Positions 45,944 to 55,899 of a stretch of 64,000 nucleotides of DNA are shown here, one piece after another; position 1 is the first letter of the stretch, and every line of letters starts with the position of its first letter. A program made the position numbers and the translations under genes. The notes under the pieces were generated by a model. That model made no database searches. It had not been told where the DNA came from and saw only the letters and a list, made by a program, of their open reading frames with translations. This DNA comes from Patescibacteria group bacterium (GTDB lineage: Bacteria; Patescibacteriota; Microgenomatia; UM-FILTER-40-11). The DNA lies in contig DATKVM010000005.1 in NCBI GenBank assembly GCA_035530075.1, positions 22,823-86,822 of the forward strand, read 5' to 3'.

Positions 45944-46473
45944 TTAATTCCCAAACGACATAATTGAAAAGCAAAAGCCGTTGCAAAAATCAAAAAGAAC
46001 AAGGGGGCGACTACCCGCTGATAGGGAAAAAGCGCTTTCCCCGGCTCTTTTTTATTCAATTTTCGCAAAAGAAAATCGGTGCCGTAGCCTAGTAAAAAAG
46101 CCACCGAGCCAAAAATTATCCCTGAAAGTAGTTTATCATGACCGTGAATTTTGCAGGTGGGATGGCCGATAAAACCGGTTTGCTTTAAGCTCAAAACCGT
46201 GGTTATCCATAAAAAAGCCGAAAGTAGCCACTTAAACCCGCGAAAATCGAATCTTTTGAGGTATTTAGCGGTAGCCATCCAAAGTCCGAAAGAAAGCGTC
46301 AAGCCTCCTGCCCAAATGCCGATAATTAAATCATCGACTCCCAAATAATGAGATAAAAGCACCCCTCCGCCAATCGCCACCGTACAAACGGGACAAACCG
46401 CCTGGATGGGAGCCGCCGCCAGGAAGGCGAAGCCTAAAATCAAAAATGTCAGAGCAGCTAAGATAGTCAACAT
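45940..46473 (-). CDS. Hypothetical membrane protein with a CPVC motif
   Basis: Signal/TM segment, AVCPVCTVAIGGG..LGVDD..IG.WAGG, FPYQRV; starts 7 bp after the rpsI stop. Confidence 0.75.
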   Translation of the reverse strand: MLTILAALTFLILGFAFLAAAPIQAVCPVCTVAIGGGVLLSHYLGVDDLIIGIWAGGLTLSFGLWMATAKYLKRFDFRGFKWLLSAFLWITTVLSLKQTGFIGHPTCKIHGHDKLLSGIIFGSVAFLLGYGTDFLLRKLNKKEPGKALFPYQRVVAPLFFLIFATAFAFQLCRLGIK

Positions 46474-46480
46474 TCTTGTC

Positions 46481-46882
46481 TTACCGTTTCGGCGATTGCT
46501 TTCTCGCTCGCGCGCTCTGGGCCAAACCGAATTTCCTTCTTTCCTTTTCCCGCGGATCACGAGTCAATAAACCGGCCGACCGCAAAATTGGCTTGTATTT
46601 TTCGTCGGCGGAAACCAAAGCACGACTTAGACCTAAAACAAAGGCCCCCACTTGACCCTTTGGACCACCACCGGTAATTTTAGCGGTGGCATGGTACTTA
46701 CCAATGTTACTCGTCAATTCTAAGGGTCTTAAATAGGAAGGGGAAGGGATATCCTTGAAGTATTCCCCAATCGGCTTGGTGTTAATTGTCATCTCGCCCT
46801 TGCCCTTATACAAGCGAACTCGGGCAATGCTTCTTTTTCTTCGCCCAACTGCTGCTTGATAATCTTTTTTAGTTGCTACCAT
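46481..46882 (-). CDS. rpsI: 30S ribosomal protein S9
   Basis: GRRK.S.ARV, LTRDPR.KERRK.G, ARARKQSPKR. Confidence 0.97.
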   Translation of the reverse strand: MVATKKDYQAAVGRRKRSIARVRLYKGKGEMTINTKPIGEYFKDIPSPSYLRPLELTSNIGKYHATAKITGGGPKGQVGAFVLGLSRALVSADEKYKPILRSAGLLTRDPREKERRKFGLAQSARARKQSPKR

Positions 46883-46883
46883 A

Positions 46884-47309
46884 TTATTTTTCCTTTTTTA
46901 CCATAAATTTATCTTGATATTGATGCTCTGGCCCCGCAAAAACGTGTAGCTTTTTAAGCCAAAGTGCCCGTAATTTATTTTTGGGCAGCATATTGGCAAC
47001 CGCCCGCTCCACCATTCTCTCCGGAAAGGTCTCTCTCATCCGAAAAGCAGGAACTTCTCTTAACCCACTGGGGTAGCCGGAAAAAGATTGGTAAACTTTT
47101 TGAGTTTCTTTCTTGCCGGTCAAAATAACCTCTTTAGCATTAACCACGACGATATGGTCCCCACAATCGAGATTTCTGACAAAGCAAGCTTTATTCTTGC
47201 CCATCAAAAGGGGGGCAATCCGAGAAGCCAAACGGCCTAAAACCTGGCCTTTGGCATCAATTAAATGCCATTTTCTTTCAATTGCTTCTTTTTTAGTGGC
47301 TCGAATCAT
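46884..47309 (-). CDS. rplM: 50S ribosomal protein L13
   Basis: WHLIDA.GQVLGRLAS, DCGD, MLPKN. Confidence 0.97.
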   Translation of the reverse strand: MIRATKKEAIERKWHLIDAKGQVLGRLASRIAPLLMGKNKACFVRNLDCGDHIVVVNAKEVILTGKKETQKVYQSFSGYPSGLREVPAFRMRETFPERMVERAVANMLPKNKLRALWLKKLHVFAGPEHQYQDKFMVKKEK

Positions 47310-47800
47310 TCCCTTTCCTCTCTTTTCTTTGGCAAAACTTTCCTTTCGGTTTCTTTTTTAACCTCTTTGGTTACTTTCGGCTCTTTTGGCGCCGGGACTT
47401 CTTTGACCTTCTCGGCCGCTACCGGTTTTCCGGCCATTTTGGTTAAATCTTCGGTAAACATCAATTTTGCCATTTCGGCGGCATCTCCTCCCCGACGACC
47501 GAGATGAACAATTCGCAAATATCCCCCTTTTCTATCTTTGAAAAGAGGAGCGATACCCATTACCAGTCGATTAACCAAAGCCCTTTTTCCCAAAAAGCGC
47601 AAAATTAACCGCTGGTCGGTGAGCGTCCCTCTTTTAGCCTTAGTCACCAATTTTTCAGCTTGAGGTTTAATTGCTTTAGCTTTGGGCAAAGTAGTCACAA
47701 TTTCGCCTTTTTCCACTAAAGCACCCACCAAGCCCCGAAAAAGAGCTTTTCTTTGATTTTTAGTGCGACTAAAATGACGACCGAAAACACGCTTCCTCAT
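47306..47800 (-). CDS. rplQ: 50S ribosomal protein L17 with K/E-rich tail
   Basis: TTLPKAK, R.GGYLRI, RRGGD.A. Confidence 0.96.
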   Translation of the reverse strand: MRKRVFGRHFSRTKNQRKALFRGLVGALVEKGEIVTTLPKAKAIKPQAEKLVTKAKRGTLTDQRLILRFLGKRALVNRLVMGIAPLFKDRKGGYLRIVHLGRRGGDAAEMAKLMFTEDLTKMAGKPVAAEKVKEVPAPKEPKVTKEVKKETERKVLPKKREERE

Positions 47801-47804
47801 CGGG

Positions 47805-48719
47805 TTAATCCTCCAAAGTAATTCCTTTTTCGACTAGCGCCGCTTCGATAATCTTTAAAGACTTGCCGCCCAAATTTTTGATTTTGGCAACCTTTTTCCG
47901 ACCGGCCCTTTGCAAGTCGGCCGCATTCTTGATTCCCACTTTTAAAAGGGCATTAACAATCCGTGTCGGCAATTCTAACTCTTCAATTGAGAGCGAAGAT
48001 TCCTCCGCTAAGGCTTTTTCCGCTTTGGGAGCTTCCTCTTCCACTTCTTTAGGGTTCACCACTTGGTCAAAGAAAGCCGCCAGCGTTCGAGCCGCCTCTA
48101 AAAGCGCCTCTTTGGGAGAAATCGAACCATCGGTCCAAACCTCTAAAGTTAATTTATCAAAGTTAGTGACTCGACCAACTCGAGTTGCTCCAACATGATA
48201 ATTAACTCTTTGAACCGGAGTAAAAATTGCATCCAGGGGAATAATGCCAATTTCTCCACCTTCTCTTTCCTCAAAAGGAACATAACCATAACCGGAATCG
48301 ACTAAAAATTCCCCCTTCAGCCGAGAAGATTTATCCGCCAGGGCTCCTAGAACCAAGTCCTCATTAACAATTTCCACCCCCGCCGGTACTTCAAAATCAG
48401 CCGCCGTTACCGGTCCCGGACCAGTCTTGTCCAGAGTAATTTTTACCGGCTTGTCGCCAGCGTATTTGACCTTGACCTGCTTTAAGTTCAGCGTTAACTG
48501 AACAATATCTTCTTCCAACCCTTTTAGGGTAGAGAAAAGATGCTTGACTCCAGAAATTTTCGCCTGGACAATGGCCGCCCCCGGTAAGCTACTTAAAAGG
48601 ACTCGGCGCAGGGCGGTCCCCAAAGTTTGTCCGTAACCTTGCTGCAAAGGTTCAAGAGTGAAAATGCCAAAATCAGCACTTTCTTTCTCGGTCTTAATTT
48701 GGAAGGTGGGTGTAATCAT
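47805..48719 (-). CDS. rpoA: RNA polymerase subunit alpha
   Basis: EPL..GYG.TLG.ALRRVLLSS, LDAIFTPV, alpha-CTD. Confidence 0.98.
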   Translation of the reverse strand: MITPTFQIKTEKESADFGIFTLEPLQQGYGQTLGTALRRVLLSSLPGAAIVQAKISGVKHLFSTLKGLEEDIVQLTLNLKQVKVKYAGDKPVKITLDKTGPGPVTAADFEVPAGVEIVNEDLVLGALADKSSRLKGEFLVDSGYGYVPFEEREGGEIGIIPLDAIFTPVQRVNYHVGATRVGRVTNFDKLTLEVWTDGSISPKEALLEAARTLAAFFDQVVNPKEVEEEAPKAEKALAEESSLSIEELELPTRIVNALLKVGIKNAADLQRAGRKKVAKIKNLGGKSLKIIEAALVEKGITLED

Positions 48720-48768
48720 ATGAACTCCTTACAAATTTTTTTAAATTTAATATTAATGACTGCCTAAT

Positions 48769-49389
48769 TTACCTCGAATAATACTCGACAATTAACTGCT
48801 CGCTAATGTCGGTCTCAATTTCTTCCCTTTTGGGCAAGTGAATTAACTTGCCTGCCGGACCTTTTCGCTCCAACCACTCGGGAATTTTTATTTCCTTTTT
48901 GTCCAGCATCACTTTTACTTTCACCAAAGTCAGAGCTTGTTCGCTTAAGGTGATTACTTGACCAGGCTTAACTCTAAAAGAGGGAATATTTACCACTTGA
49001 TTATCAACTTTTACGTGCTTATGACTCACTAATTGCCGGGCCGCTCGCCGAGAGGGAGCAAAACCCAACCGATAGACCAAATTATCCAAACGGCTCTCCA
49101 AAATCTGCAAAAGGGCTTCACCGGTGGCTTCTCTCACCTTCCTCGCTACCCCAAAATACTTTTTTAACTGAGCCTCTTCCAAGCCATATATCCTTTTTAG
49201 CTTTTGTTTTTCGGCCAAGCGGACACCAAAGTCGGACGCTCTCCTTCTTCTTTTGGCCCCGTGCTGACCGGGTAAAACCGCTCCCTTGCGGTCAATCGGA
49301 CATTTAGTAAAACAGCGCTCGCCTTTCAAAAAGAGTTTTCCCCCGGCGGCTCGACACAAGCGACACTTAATTGAATAACCTCTCATCAT
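48769..49389 (-). CDS. rpsD: 30S ribosomal protein S4
   Basis: CRLCR..G.KLFLKG.RC, LESRLDN, IVEYYSR. Confidence 0.98.
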   Translation of the reverse strand: MMRGYSIKCRLCRAAGGKLFLKGERCFTKCPIDRKGAVLPGQHGAKRRRRASDFGVRLAEKQKLKRIYGLEEAQLKKYFGVARKVREATGEALLQILESRLDNLVYRLGFAPSRRAARQLVSHKHVKVDNQVVNIPSFRVKPGQVITLSEQALTLVKVKVMLDKKEIKIPEWLERKGPAGKLIHLPKREEIETDISEQLIVEYYSR

Positions 49390-49392
49390 CGA

Positions 49393-49758
49393 TTAAACTC
49401 TCCTTGGTTTCCTCGGCTTAACTCCGTTATGGGGAATAGGGGTGACATCAGCTATTAAGTCAATTTTCAAATTGGCCGCCCGAATCGCTCGCAGTGCCGC
49501 GTCTCGACCGGCACCAGGGCCTTTAATATAAACCTCGACTTCCTTGACTCCCATTTGCTTAGCGCGCATGAGAGCTTTTTCCGTCGCGATAGTGGCCGCG
49601 TAAGGAGTAGACTTGCGGGCTCCCTTAAAACCTAATGAACCGGCCGATTCCTGCAAAAGAACATCGCCGTCTAAGTTGGCAATGGAGACCACCGTGTTAT
49701 TAAAGGTGGCTAAAATATTAACTTTGGCTTTAGGTTGAACTGTCGTCTTTTTTATCAT
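49393..49758 (-). CDS. rpsK: 30S ribosomal protein S11
   Basis: TFNNT, GFKGARKSTPYAA, DVTPIPHNG. Confidence 0.98.
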   Translation of the reverse strand: MIKKTTVQPKAKVNILATFNNTVVSIANLDGDVLLQESAGSLGFKGARKSTPYAATIATEKALMRAKQMGVKEVEVYIKGPGAGRDAALRAIRAANLKIDLIADVTPIPHNGVKPRKPRRV

Positions 49759-49770
49759 CTTTTTCCCTTA

Positions 49771-50196
49771 CTAAGCCGCCGTGGCCTTAGTTTTTGTAGC
49801 TCCTAATCTTTCTTTCTTAGCAATCTCTTCTTTTTTCAAAGCGCCGATAGTCATTCTCTTTCCTCTCTTAGTCCGAGCGTTGCTTCTGGTTCGCTGGCCA
49901 CGAACCGGCAGATTAGCTAAATGGCGCCGACCGCGATAGCAAGAAATTTGTTTTAATCTTTTGATGTTTTCCTGAACCTCTTTACGCAAATCTCCTTCTA
50001 CTTTCAAAGCTTTATCAATCGTTTTTTGCAAAGCGGCGACTTCCCCTTCAGTCAAGTCTTTTGCTCTCTTGGCCGGGTCAATTTTAGCTATAACCAAAAT
50101 TTTGCCCACATTACTCCGCCCGATACCATAAATGGCCGTTAAGGCAATATCGGTTCTTCTGGCTTCTGGGATATCAACTCCGGAAATTCTTGGCAT
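49771..50196 (-). CDS. rpsM: 30S ribosomal protein S13
   Basis: MPRISGVDIP, IYGIG, LPVRGQRTRSNARTKRG. Confidence 0.98.
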   Translation of the reverse strand: MPRISGVDIPEARRTDIALTAIYGIGRSNVGKILVIAKIDPAKRAKDLTEGEVAALQKTIDKALKVEGDLRKEVQENIKRLKQISCYRGRRHLANLPVRGQRTRSNARTKRGKRMTIGALKKEEIAKKERLGATKTKATAA

Positions 50197-50207
50197 ACTT
50201 ATAAATG

Positions 50208-50321
50208 TCAACCTTGTCTCTGTTTATGTCTTGGGTTCTTGCACACAATATAAATTCGCCCCCGACGACGAACAACTTTACACTGACGACATCTCTTTCT
50301 GGTCGATGATTGGACTTTCAT
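50208..50321 (-). CDS. rpmJ: 50S ribosomal protein L36 (absent from the ORF track)
   Basis: [37 protein letters not shown]. Confidence 0.97.
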   Translation of the reverse strand: MKVQSSTRKRCRQCKVVRRRGRIYIVCKNPRHKQRQG

Positions 50322-50348
50322 TTTGCTCTCTCCTTAGATAAACCGAGC

Positions 50349-50567
50349 TTACTTCCCGCGATAAACGATTCTCCCTTTATTCGGGTCATAGGGGGTAACC
50401 ACAAATTTCACCCAATCGCCCGGCAAAATGCGGATACGGTGTATGCGCATCTTCCCCGATAGCGAGCAAAGATACTGCCGCTTATCCGGTGTTTCCACCC
50501 GAAAAGTGGTATTGGGTAAATTTTCAATGACGGTCCCTTCTAATTCGACTTCGTCTTTTTTTAGCAT
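50349..50567 (-). CDS. infA: Translation initiation factor IF-1
   Basis: ENLPN..FRV, SGKMR...IRILPGD.V, KGRIVYR. Confidence 0.97.
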   Translation of the reverse strand: MLKKDEVELEGTVIENLPNTTFRVETPDKRQYLCSLSGKMRIHRIRILPGDWVKFVVTPYDPNKGRIVYRGK

Positions 50568-50591
50568 ACAAAACAGCCCCTCTTCCCTGGC

Positions 50592-51368
50592 TTACCCTTT
50601 TTCGGAAAACCGAACCGGGGTTAACACGAGGGGTCCGCTTTCCGTGACTGCTATCGTTTTCTCAAATAGCCCCGCTATTTTACCATCTTTGGTAGAAATA
50701 GTCCAGCCATCGCTTTCTAAAACTATTTCTCCGGTACCCTGACCGTAAATGACCTCAATTGCCAGCGTCATTCCTGGCTCAAGAGGAAAGGTTTTCAAAA
50801 GAGGTTCTTTAAGTACTCCCGGGATAAGCGGCTCTTCGTGCAGCTTCCGTCCAATTCCGTGCCCAGTTAAGACCTCCACCGGGTGAAAACCGGCTCCCTC
50901 TATTACCCTCTGGATTGCTTCACTAATATGGCCGACTCGATTGCCGGGACAAGCCGCTTCAATCGCCATCACCAAGGCTTTTTCGCCCGCCTGGAGAAAT
51001 TTAGAAAACCGCGTCTTACCTCCCACTTCAATTGTCCAAGAAAGATCGGTATTCCAGCCCCGCCAAAGCATCCCCGAATCAATCTTCAGCAAATCTCCTG
51101 GCCGGATAAGCTTTTCCTTCTTCGGGATGCTGTGAACGACCTCGTCATTCAGACCAACACAGGAGGTCCAATGATAACGGGGTACCCGCTTGAAAGATGG
51201 CTCCCCCCCCGCCTCCACAATTCGATTTTCAATCCAAGAATCAATTTCTAAAGTACTAACTCCGGGTTCAATCTTTCCCAGAACCTCATCTAAAATTCGA
51301 CCCAATTTTTCCCCTCCCTCGGCCATTACTTTGATTTCTTCCGGCGATTTTAAGGGAATTTTAGCCAT
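50592..51368 (-). CDS. map: Methionine aminopeptidase type I
   Basis: NDEVVHSIP, GDLLKID, GHGIG..LHEEP, LAIE. Confidence 0.95.
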   Translation of the reverse strand: MAKIPLKSPEEIKVMAEGGEKLGRILDEVLGKIEPGVSTLEIDSWIENRIVEAGGEPSFKRVPRYHWTSCVGLNDEVVHSIPKKEKLIRPGDLLKIDSGMLWRGWNTDLSWTIEVGGKTRFSKFLQAGEKALVMAIEAACPGNRVGHISEAIQRVIEGAGFHPVEVLTGHGIGRKLHEEPLIPGVLKEPLLKTFPLEPGMTLAIEVIYGQGTGEIVLESDGWTISTKDGKIAGLFEKTIAVTESGPLVLTPVRFSEKG

Positions 51369-52026
51369 TAGCAATTAGCCTACGCTTTTTCAGTCTTTCA
51401 ACAATATCCTCAAAAATCACTTCAATCGGCCGGTTGCCATCAACTTCCTCCACCAGACCTCTTTGTCGGTAATACTCAATCATCGGCAAGGTTATTTCTT
51501 CAAATTGACTTAACCCGACCGCCGTTTTCTCTGATGTCTCGTCACTTCTCTTAATTAATTTTCCTCCGCAAAAATCGCAAAGCCCTTCAGTTTTTGGGGG
51601 ATTAGTTAAAAGATTATAAACTTTCCCGCATTTCTCGCACGTTCGGCGGTTTTGTAACCTTTTAAATATCTCTTCCCGTGGCAAAGTTAAATTAATAACC
51701 ACATCAATTTTCAGTCCTTTTTTCCCCATAAAGTCTTCAAAATATTGAGCTTGCGGAAGTTTTCGGGGAAAACCATCAAAAAGAATTCCATCAAGCCTCC
51801 CAATGCCATCAAGATATTTGTTAACCACCTCAACCACAATATCATCAGTAACTAAAGTTCGGCTATCAAGAAATTTCTTGACTTTCTCGCCTAAAGGTGT
51901 TTCTTCCTCCGCCACCGAGCGCAATAAACTGCCCATCTCGACATTGGCTAACTCAAACTTCTCAATTAACTTTTCCGCCTGGGTTCCTTTGCCGGAAGCA
52001 ATTGGACCAACTAAAAGAATATTCAT
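51361..52026 (-). CDS. adk: Adenylate kinase (zinc-lid type)
   Basis: G..ASGKGTQ, DGFPR, CEKC...CDFC. Confidence 0.96.
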   Translation of the reverse strand: MNILLVGPIASGKGTQAEKLIEKFELANVEMGSLLRSVAEEETPLGEKVKKFLDSRTLVTDDIVVEVVNKYLDGIGRLDGILFDGFPRKLPQAQYFEDFMGKKGLKIDVVINLTLPREEIFKRLQNRRTCEKCGKVYNLLTNPPKTEGLCDFCGGKLIKRSDETSEKTAVGLSQFEEITLPMIEYYRQRGLVEEVDGNRPIEVIFEDIVERLKKRRLIANG

Positions 52027-52027
52027 C

Positions 52028-52051
52028 TTAGAACTTTTCTAAAAACTTTTC
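52028..52051 (-). repeat. Synonymously diverged duplicate of the last 8 codons of secY
   Basis: GAA AAG TTT TTA GAA AAG TTC TAA versus gene GAG AAA TTC CTA GAA AAA TTC TAG (EKFLEKF*). Confidence 0.7.
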
Positions 52052-52057
52052 CGATTC

Positions 52058-53353
52058 CTAGAATTTTTCTAGGAATTTCTCATAACCGCGCATTTGGACC
52101 ATATTTTCAATCACCCTAAAGGTTTCTAAAATAACGGAGACGACAATTAAAATTCCGGTCCCGCCAATGGTAAAAGTGCTAATCCCCGTTAATTGCTGAA
52201 CCAAAGAGGGCAAAATGGCTACTAGCCCCAAAAAGATTGCCCCCGCAAGAGTAATTCGGGTAAGAATGAAGTTGAGATAATTGGCCGTCGAGCTACCCGG
52301 TCTAATACCGGGGATAAAACCACCATGTTTCTTAATCTCCTCGGCAATTTTATTAGGATTAAAAATCACCGCCGTATAAAAATAAGTGAAACCGACAACC
52401 AGGAGGAAGTAACTTAAGTTATAAATCATTCCTCCGGGGTTGAAAATATTAGCTAAGGTTTTGGCGGCGGCGGCCACTGCCTGGTTGGGCACTTGAGCCA
52501 AAAACCGGCCGACCATCGAAGGTAACAAAACCAACGAAACGGCAAAGATAATGGGAATAACTCCCGCTTGGTTAATTTTTAAAGGTAGGAAAGTCGTCTG
52601 ACCACCGTACATCTTACCGCCGGTAATTCTTTTAGCGTATTCTATTCTAACCTTACGCACTGCTTCATCAATAAAAATCACTCCGGCAATAACCGCCAAC
52701 GAAAGGGCAAGAAAAATCAGGAGATTAAAAACATTAGCTGCCTCTAAAGTGACGGCTGTCTGGCCAAAGGCAACCGGTAATCGGCCAATAATACCGGCGA
52801 AGATAATCAGAGAAATACCGTTCCCAATTCCTTTCTCGGTAATTAATTCTCCCAACCACATTAAAAAAATCGTTCCGCTAACCATCGTCACCACTGCCGC
52901 CAACACTGAAAGTGGGCTAACTTGGCTAATAATATTCTGGCTGCGTAAAAGAGCGAACATTCCAATCGCTTGTAAGGCTGCCAAAGGAACCGTCAAAATG
53001 CGAGTGTACTGGTTAATTTTTTCCCGACCGTATTCTCCCTCTTTAGAAAGCTCTTCCAGGCGCGGAAAAACAAGGGTTAAAAGTTGAAAAATAATGGAGG
53101 CGTTAATATAGGGCCCTAATCCCAAAGCCATTACGGAAAAGTTGGCTAAAGTACCACCCGAAAAAATATCTAAGAGTCCCAAAAATTGGTTGGAAGCAAA
53201 AAGTTGTCTTAAAGCTAGGAGATTAACACCGGCAAGAGGAATGTGAGCAATCAGGCGAAAAAGGAAAAGGATAAAACCGGTAAAAAGCAGCTTCTGCCGT
53301 AAATCGGGAACCTTAAAAGCGGTTCTTAATTCGTTGATGATCCCTTCGACCAC
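52058..53353 (-). CDS. secY: Preprotein translocase SecY
   Basis: [41 protein letters not shown]. Confidence 0.98.
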   Translation of the reverse strand: MVEGIINELRTAFKVPDLRQKLLFTGFILFLFRLIAHIPLAGVNLLALRQLFASNQFLGLLDIFSGGTLANFSVMALGLGPYINASIIFQLLTLVFPRLEELSKEGEYGREKINQYTRILTVPLAALQAIGMFALLRSQNIISQVSPLSVLAAVVTMVSGTIFLMWLGELITEKGIGNGISLIIFAGIIGRLPVAFGQTAVTLEAANVFNLLIFLALSLAVIAGVIFIDEAVRKVRIEYAKRITGGKMYGGQTTFLPLKINQAGVIPIIFAVSLVLLPSMVGRFLAQVPNQAVAAAAKTLANIFNPGGMIYNLSYFLLVVGFTYFYTAVIFNPNKIAEEIKKHGGFIPGIRPGSSTANYLNFILTRITLAGAIFLGLVAILPSLVQQLTGISTFTIGGTGILIVVSVILETFRVIENMVQMRGYEKFLEKF

Positions 53354-53354
53354 C

Positions 53355-53861
53355 TTACTTTTCCTCCGATTGGGGCTTTCTTAATTTTTTTACCACAGTC
53401 TTTTTTTTCACTTCCTCGCTAACCACTTTCCCACCGGCTTTCTCGATTTTTTCCTGAGCTCCCCGAGAAACCGGCAAAGAAACTACTAAGGGCACTTTTA
53501 TTTCACCTTCGCCTAAAATCTTAACTTTCGTCTCTTCCGGCAAAATTTTAGCCAATATCCCCTTCGCTTTCAAAGAGGCTAAATTTACTTCTTCGTCTGC
53601 CTGAAAAAGATTAAGGTATTTTAAGTTTACCACCACTGACTCCCCTTGTGGTTTAAGCTTGCCTTTGCCACGAACTAAAGGCAATCGCTTAAGCCAGGAT
53701 TTCTTAAACTTCGTCCCTTGAAAAAAAAGCCCGACTTTTCCCCTCGCCTTTTGGCCCTTGGCTCCACGAGTAGAAGTATGGCCGCCGCGGCCTGAACCAT
53801 AGCCTCGGCCAATTCTCTTTTTTCCCCTCTTGGTGGTCTTTGATAAAGCGGCTAAATTCAT
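53355..53861 (-). CDS. rplO: 50S ribosomal protein L15
   Basis: [29 protein letters not shown]. Confidence 0.96.
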   Translation of the reverse strand: MNLAALSKTTKRGKKRIGRGYGSGRGGHTSTRGAKGQKARGKVGLFFQGTKFKKSWLKRLPLVRGKGKLKPQGESVVVNLKYLNLFQADEEVNLASLKAKGILAKILPEETKVKILGEGEIKVPLVVSLPVSRGAQEKIEKAGGKVVSEEVKKKTVVKKLRKPQSEEK

Positions 53862-54331
53862 TTGCCCTCCTTAACTGTTCGCAACTGCTTCAAGGCCTCC
53901 AAAGTCGCGTAAACATTAGAGGCTTTATTACTAGTGCCCAAAACTTTTGAGGAAATATCCCTAATTCCAGCTGCTTCCACTACCGCCCGGACAGCCCCGC
54001 CCGCGATAACTCCCGAACCGACTGGCGCTGGCTTTAAAAGCACTTTCGCCGCTCCTCTCTTTATTCGAACATCGTGAGGAATAGTGGTCCCCTTGAGCGG
54101 GACAGTAATTAAGTGCCTTTTCGCATAATCAATGGCCTTGGCAATCGAGGAGGAAACATCTTTAGCCTTGCCTAAGCCAACCCCAACTCGGCCCTTTCTA
54201 TCGCCCACGACAACCAAAACTGAAAAGCTGATTTTGTTACCACCTTTAGTCTTCTTGGAAACTCGGTTGACTTGGACAACCTTTTCCTCAAATTCTTTTT
54301 CCGCCTTGGGGATAAAATTATCTCTTCGCAT
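53858..54331 (-). CDS. rpsE: 30S ribosomal protein S5
   Basis: [24 protein letters not shown]. Confidence 0.97.
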   Translation of the reverse strand: MRRDNFIPKAEKEFEEKVVQVNRVSKKTKGGNKISFSVLVVVGDRKGRVGVGLGKAKDVSSSIAKAIDYAKRHLITVPLKGTTIPHDVRIKRGAAKVLLKPAPVGSGVIAGGAVRAVVEAAGIRDISSKVLGTSNKASNVYATLEALKQLRTVKEGK

Positions 54332-54338
54332 ATTCTTT

Positions 54339-54686
54339 TTAGAAAATTAAACCTCCCTGTCGCAAACCTTCGGCAAAAGATTTAATCCGACCATGATAGC
54401 GATAAGCTCTCCGGTCGAAAACAATCTCTTTCACTTTCCTTTTCAAGGCTTCTTGGGCGAACTGCTCACCGAACTCTCGAGCCCGGTCGGTTTTAGCTCT
54501 CGACTCTGCCTTCATCATCAGTTTTTTGTCGCTTAGGCCCAAGACCGTCTGGCCGCTTTTCAAGTCAATAATTTGGGCAAAAAGGTAGCGGTTCGAGCGA
54601 GAAACGGAAAGCCGATAGGCTTTACCGCCTATCTTTCCCCTCACTCTTAATTGCCTTCTTCTGGCTCGTAAATCCTTCTCTTCCAT
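54339..54686 (-). CDS. rplR: 50S ribosomal protein L18
   Basis: [21 protein letters not shown]. Confidence 0.96.
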   Translation of the reverse strand: MEEKDLRARRRQLRVRGKIGGKAYRLSVSRSNRYLFAQIIDLKSGQTVLGLSDKKLMMKAESRAKTDRAREFGEQFAQEALKRKVKEIVFDRRAYRYHGRIKSFAEGLRQGGLIF

Positions 54687-54687
54687 T

Positions 54688-55248
54688 TTATTTTCCTCCC
54701 GCAACTCCCGCCTTAGCCGCAGCCGCTTTCCCCGGTTTAAGCCGCAATTTTTCGCCTAAAAAGCGAATTCCTTTGCCTTTATAAGCATCCGGCTTTCTTA
54801 TTTTCTTAATTTTATCGGCGGTGCGACCAACTAAATCCTTGTCGATACCGCTGACTTTGATTTTATTTTCTTGAACCGTTAGCGTAATTCCCGGCGGTGA
54901 AACAAAGCGGACCGGATGGGAATAGCCAACGAATAAGACCAAAGTTTCCCCTTCCATTTGCGCTCGATAACCAGTGCCAACAATTTCCAGTTCTTTGCTA
55001 AAACCGGCGGTGGTCCCGAAAATCGCGTTGGCAATCAAACGAGCTAAGGTTCCGTGCATTGCCTTGGTCTTTTTATCCTCAGCCAACCTTCTTACCCTCA
55101 CTTGATTGGGCTCAATTTCCACCGCTAGCTTCTCCGGCAAAGCCAGCCTAATTTCGCCTTGAGGCCCCCGCACCAAAAGCTGCCGCCCCTCTTGAGAAAG
55201 GCTTACACCATCTTTAATCATAATCGGTCTTTCGCCAATTTTAGACAT
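54688..55248 (-). CDS. rplF: 50S ribosomal protein L6
   Basis: MSKIG, G.GYRA, GYSHP, P..YKGKGI. Confidence 0.97.
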   Translation of the reverse strand: MSKIGERPIMIKDGVSLSQEGRQLLVRGPQGEIRLALPEKLAVEIEPNQVRVRRLAEDKKTKAMHGTLARLIANAIFGTTAGFSKELEIVGTGYRAQMEGETLVLFVGYSHPVRFVSPPGITLTVQENKIKVSGIDKDLVGRTADKIKKIRKPDAYKGKGIRFLGEKLRLKPGKAAAAKAGVAGGK

Positions 55249-55251
55249 TTT

Positions 55252-55644
55252 TTAAATTAATCGACAAATAACTTCGCCACCTAAGTTTTTTTTAATCGCT
55301 TCCTTACCCGTCATTAAACCGGCCGGGGTCGAAATGACCGTTATCCCCAAACCTCGGCGCAAGATGCTAATATCTTTAGCTCGGCAATAAACCCGACGAC
55401 CGGGCTTGGAAATAATCTTTACTTCAATCGGCCTAACCTGACCTTTTTCCTCACTTAAAGTCAAACGTAGCTCTTTAACCGCTCCTTCCCCAATCACTTC
55501 CACTTTTTCCACTAGCCCTTCTTTTTCCAAAACTTTAGCTAAGTTTTCTTTTAAGTGTGAATAAGGCGCCATCACGCTCTTTTGGCGAGCCAAAGTGGCG
55601 TTTTTGATTCTAATTAATAAATCGGCAATTGGATAATTAACCAT
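55252..55644 (-). CDS. rpsH: 30S ribosomal protein S8
   Basis: PIADLLIRIKNA, SKPGRRVY, ST..G, GGEV. Confidence 0.97.
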   Translation of the reverse strand: MVNYPIADLLIRIKNATLARQKSVMAPYSHLKENLAKVLEKEGLVEKVEVIGEGAVKELRLTLSEEKGQVRPIEVKIISKPGRRVYCRAKDISILRRGLGITVISTPAGLMTGKEAIKKNLGGEVICRLI

Positions 55645-55648
55645 ATTT

Positions 55649-55840
55649 TTACCAACTGGCTTTTTTAACTCCGGGGATTTCTCCTCGACTGGCTAACTTG
55701 CGGAAACAAAGCCGGCATAGTCCAAATAAACGCAAATAACCCCTCGGTCGCCCACATAAAGAACAACGAGAATGGGCCCGAGTTTCATATTTTAGCATTT
55801 TTCGGTTTTTTTCTCTCACAATTTTCGATTTTCTGGCCAC
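55649..55840 (-). CDS. rpsN: 30S ribosomal protein S14 (zinc-binding type, GTG start)
   Basis: [20 protein letters not shown]...[11 protein letters not shown]. Confidence 0.96.
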   Translation of the reverse strand: MARKSKIVREKNRKMLKYETRAHSRCSLCGRPRGYLRLFGLCRLCFRKLASRGEIPGVKKASW

Positions 55841-55844
55841 TGTG

Positions 55845-55899
55845 ACCTCCGTTTTATCCGCCAAAATTTTAATGTCGGCGGAAGCTTTAGCGAAGGGGG
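55845..55899 (-). repeat. Nested REP-like element supplying the rpsN SD
   Basis: CCTTCGCTAAAGCT-TCCGCC..GGCGGA-TAAAACGGAGG-TCACA-GTG. Confidence 0.7.

Noticed and set aside
53855-53865. Absence of rpmD (L30) as a novelty
   Set aside because: An established CPR trait, used here only as a taxonomic clue
55841-55864. MADKTE... N-terminal extensions of S14 and S3
   Set aside because: They derive from the repeat element; GTG starts with well-spaced GGAGG give normal lengths
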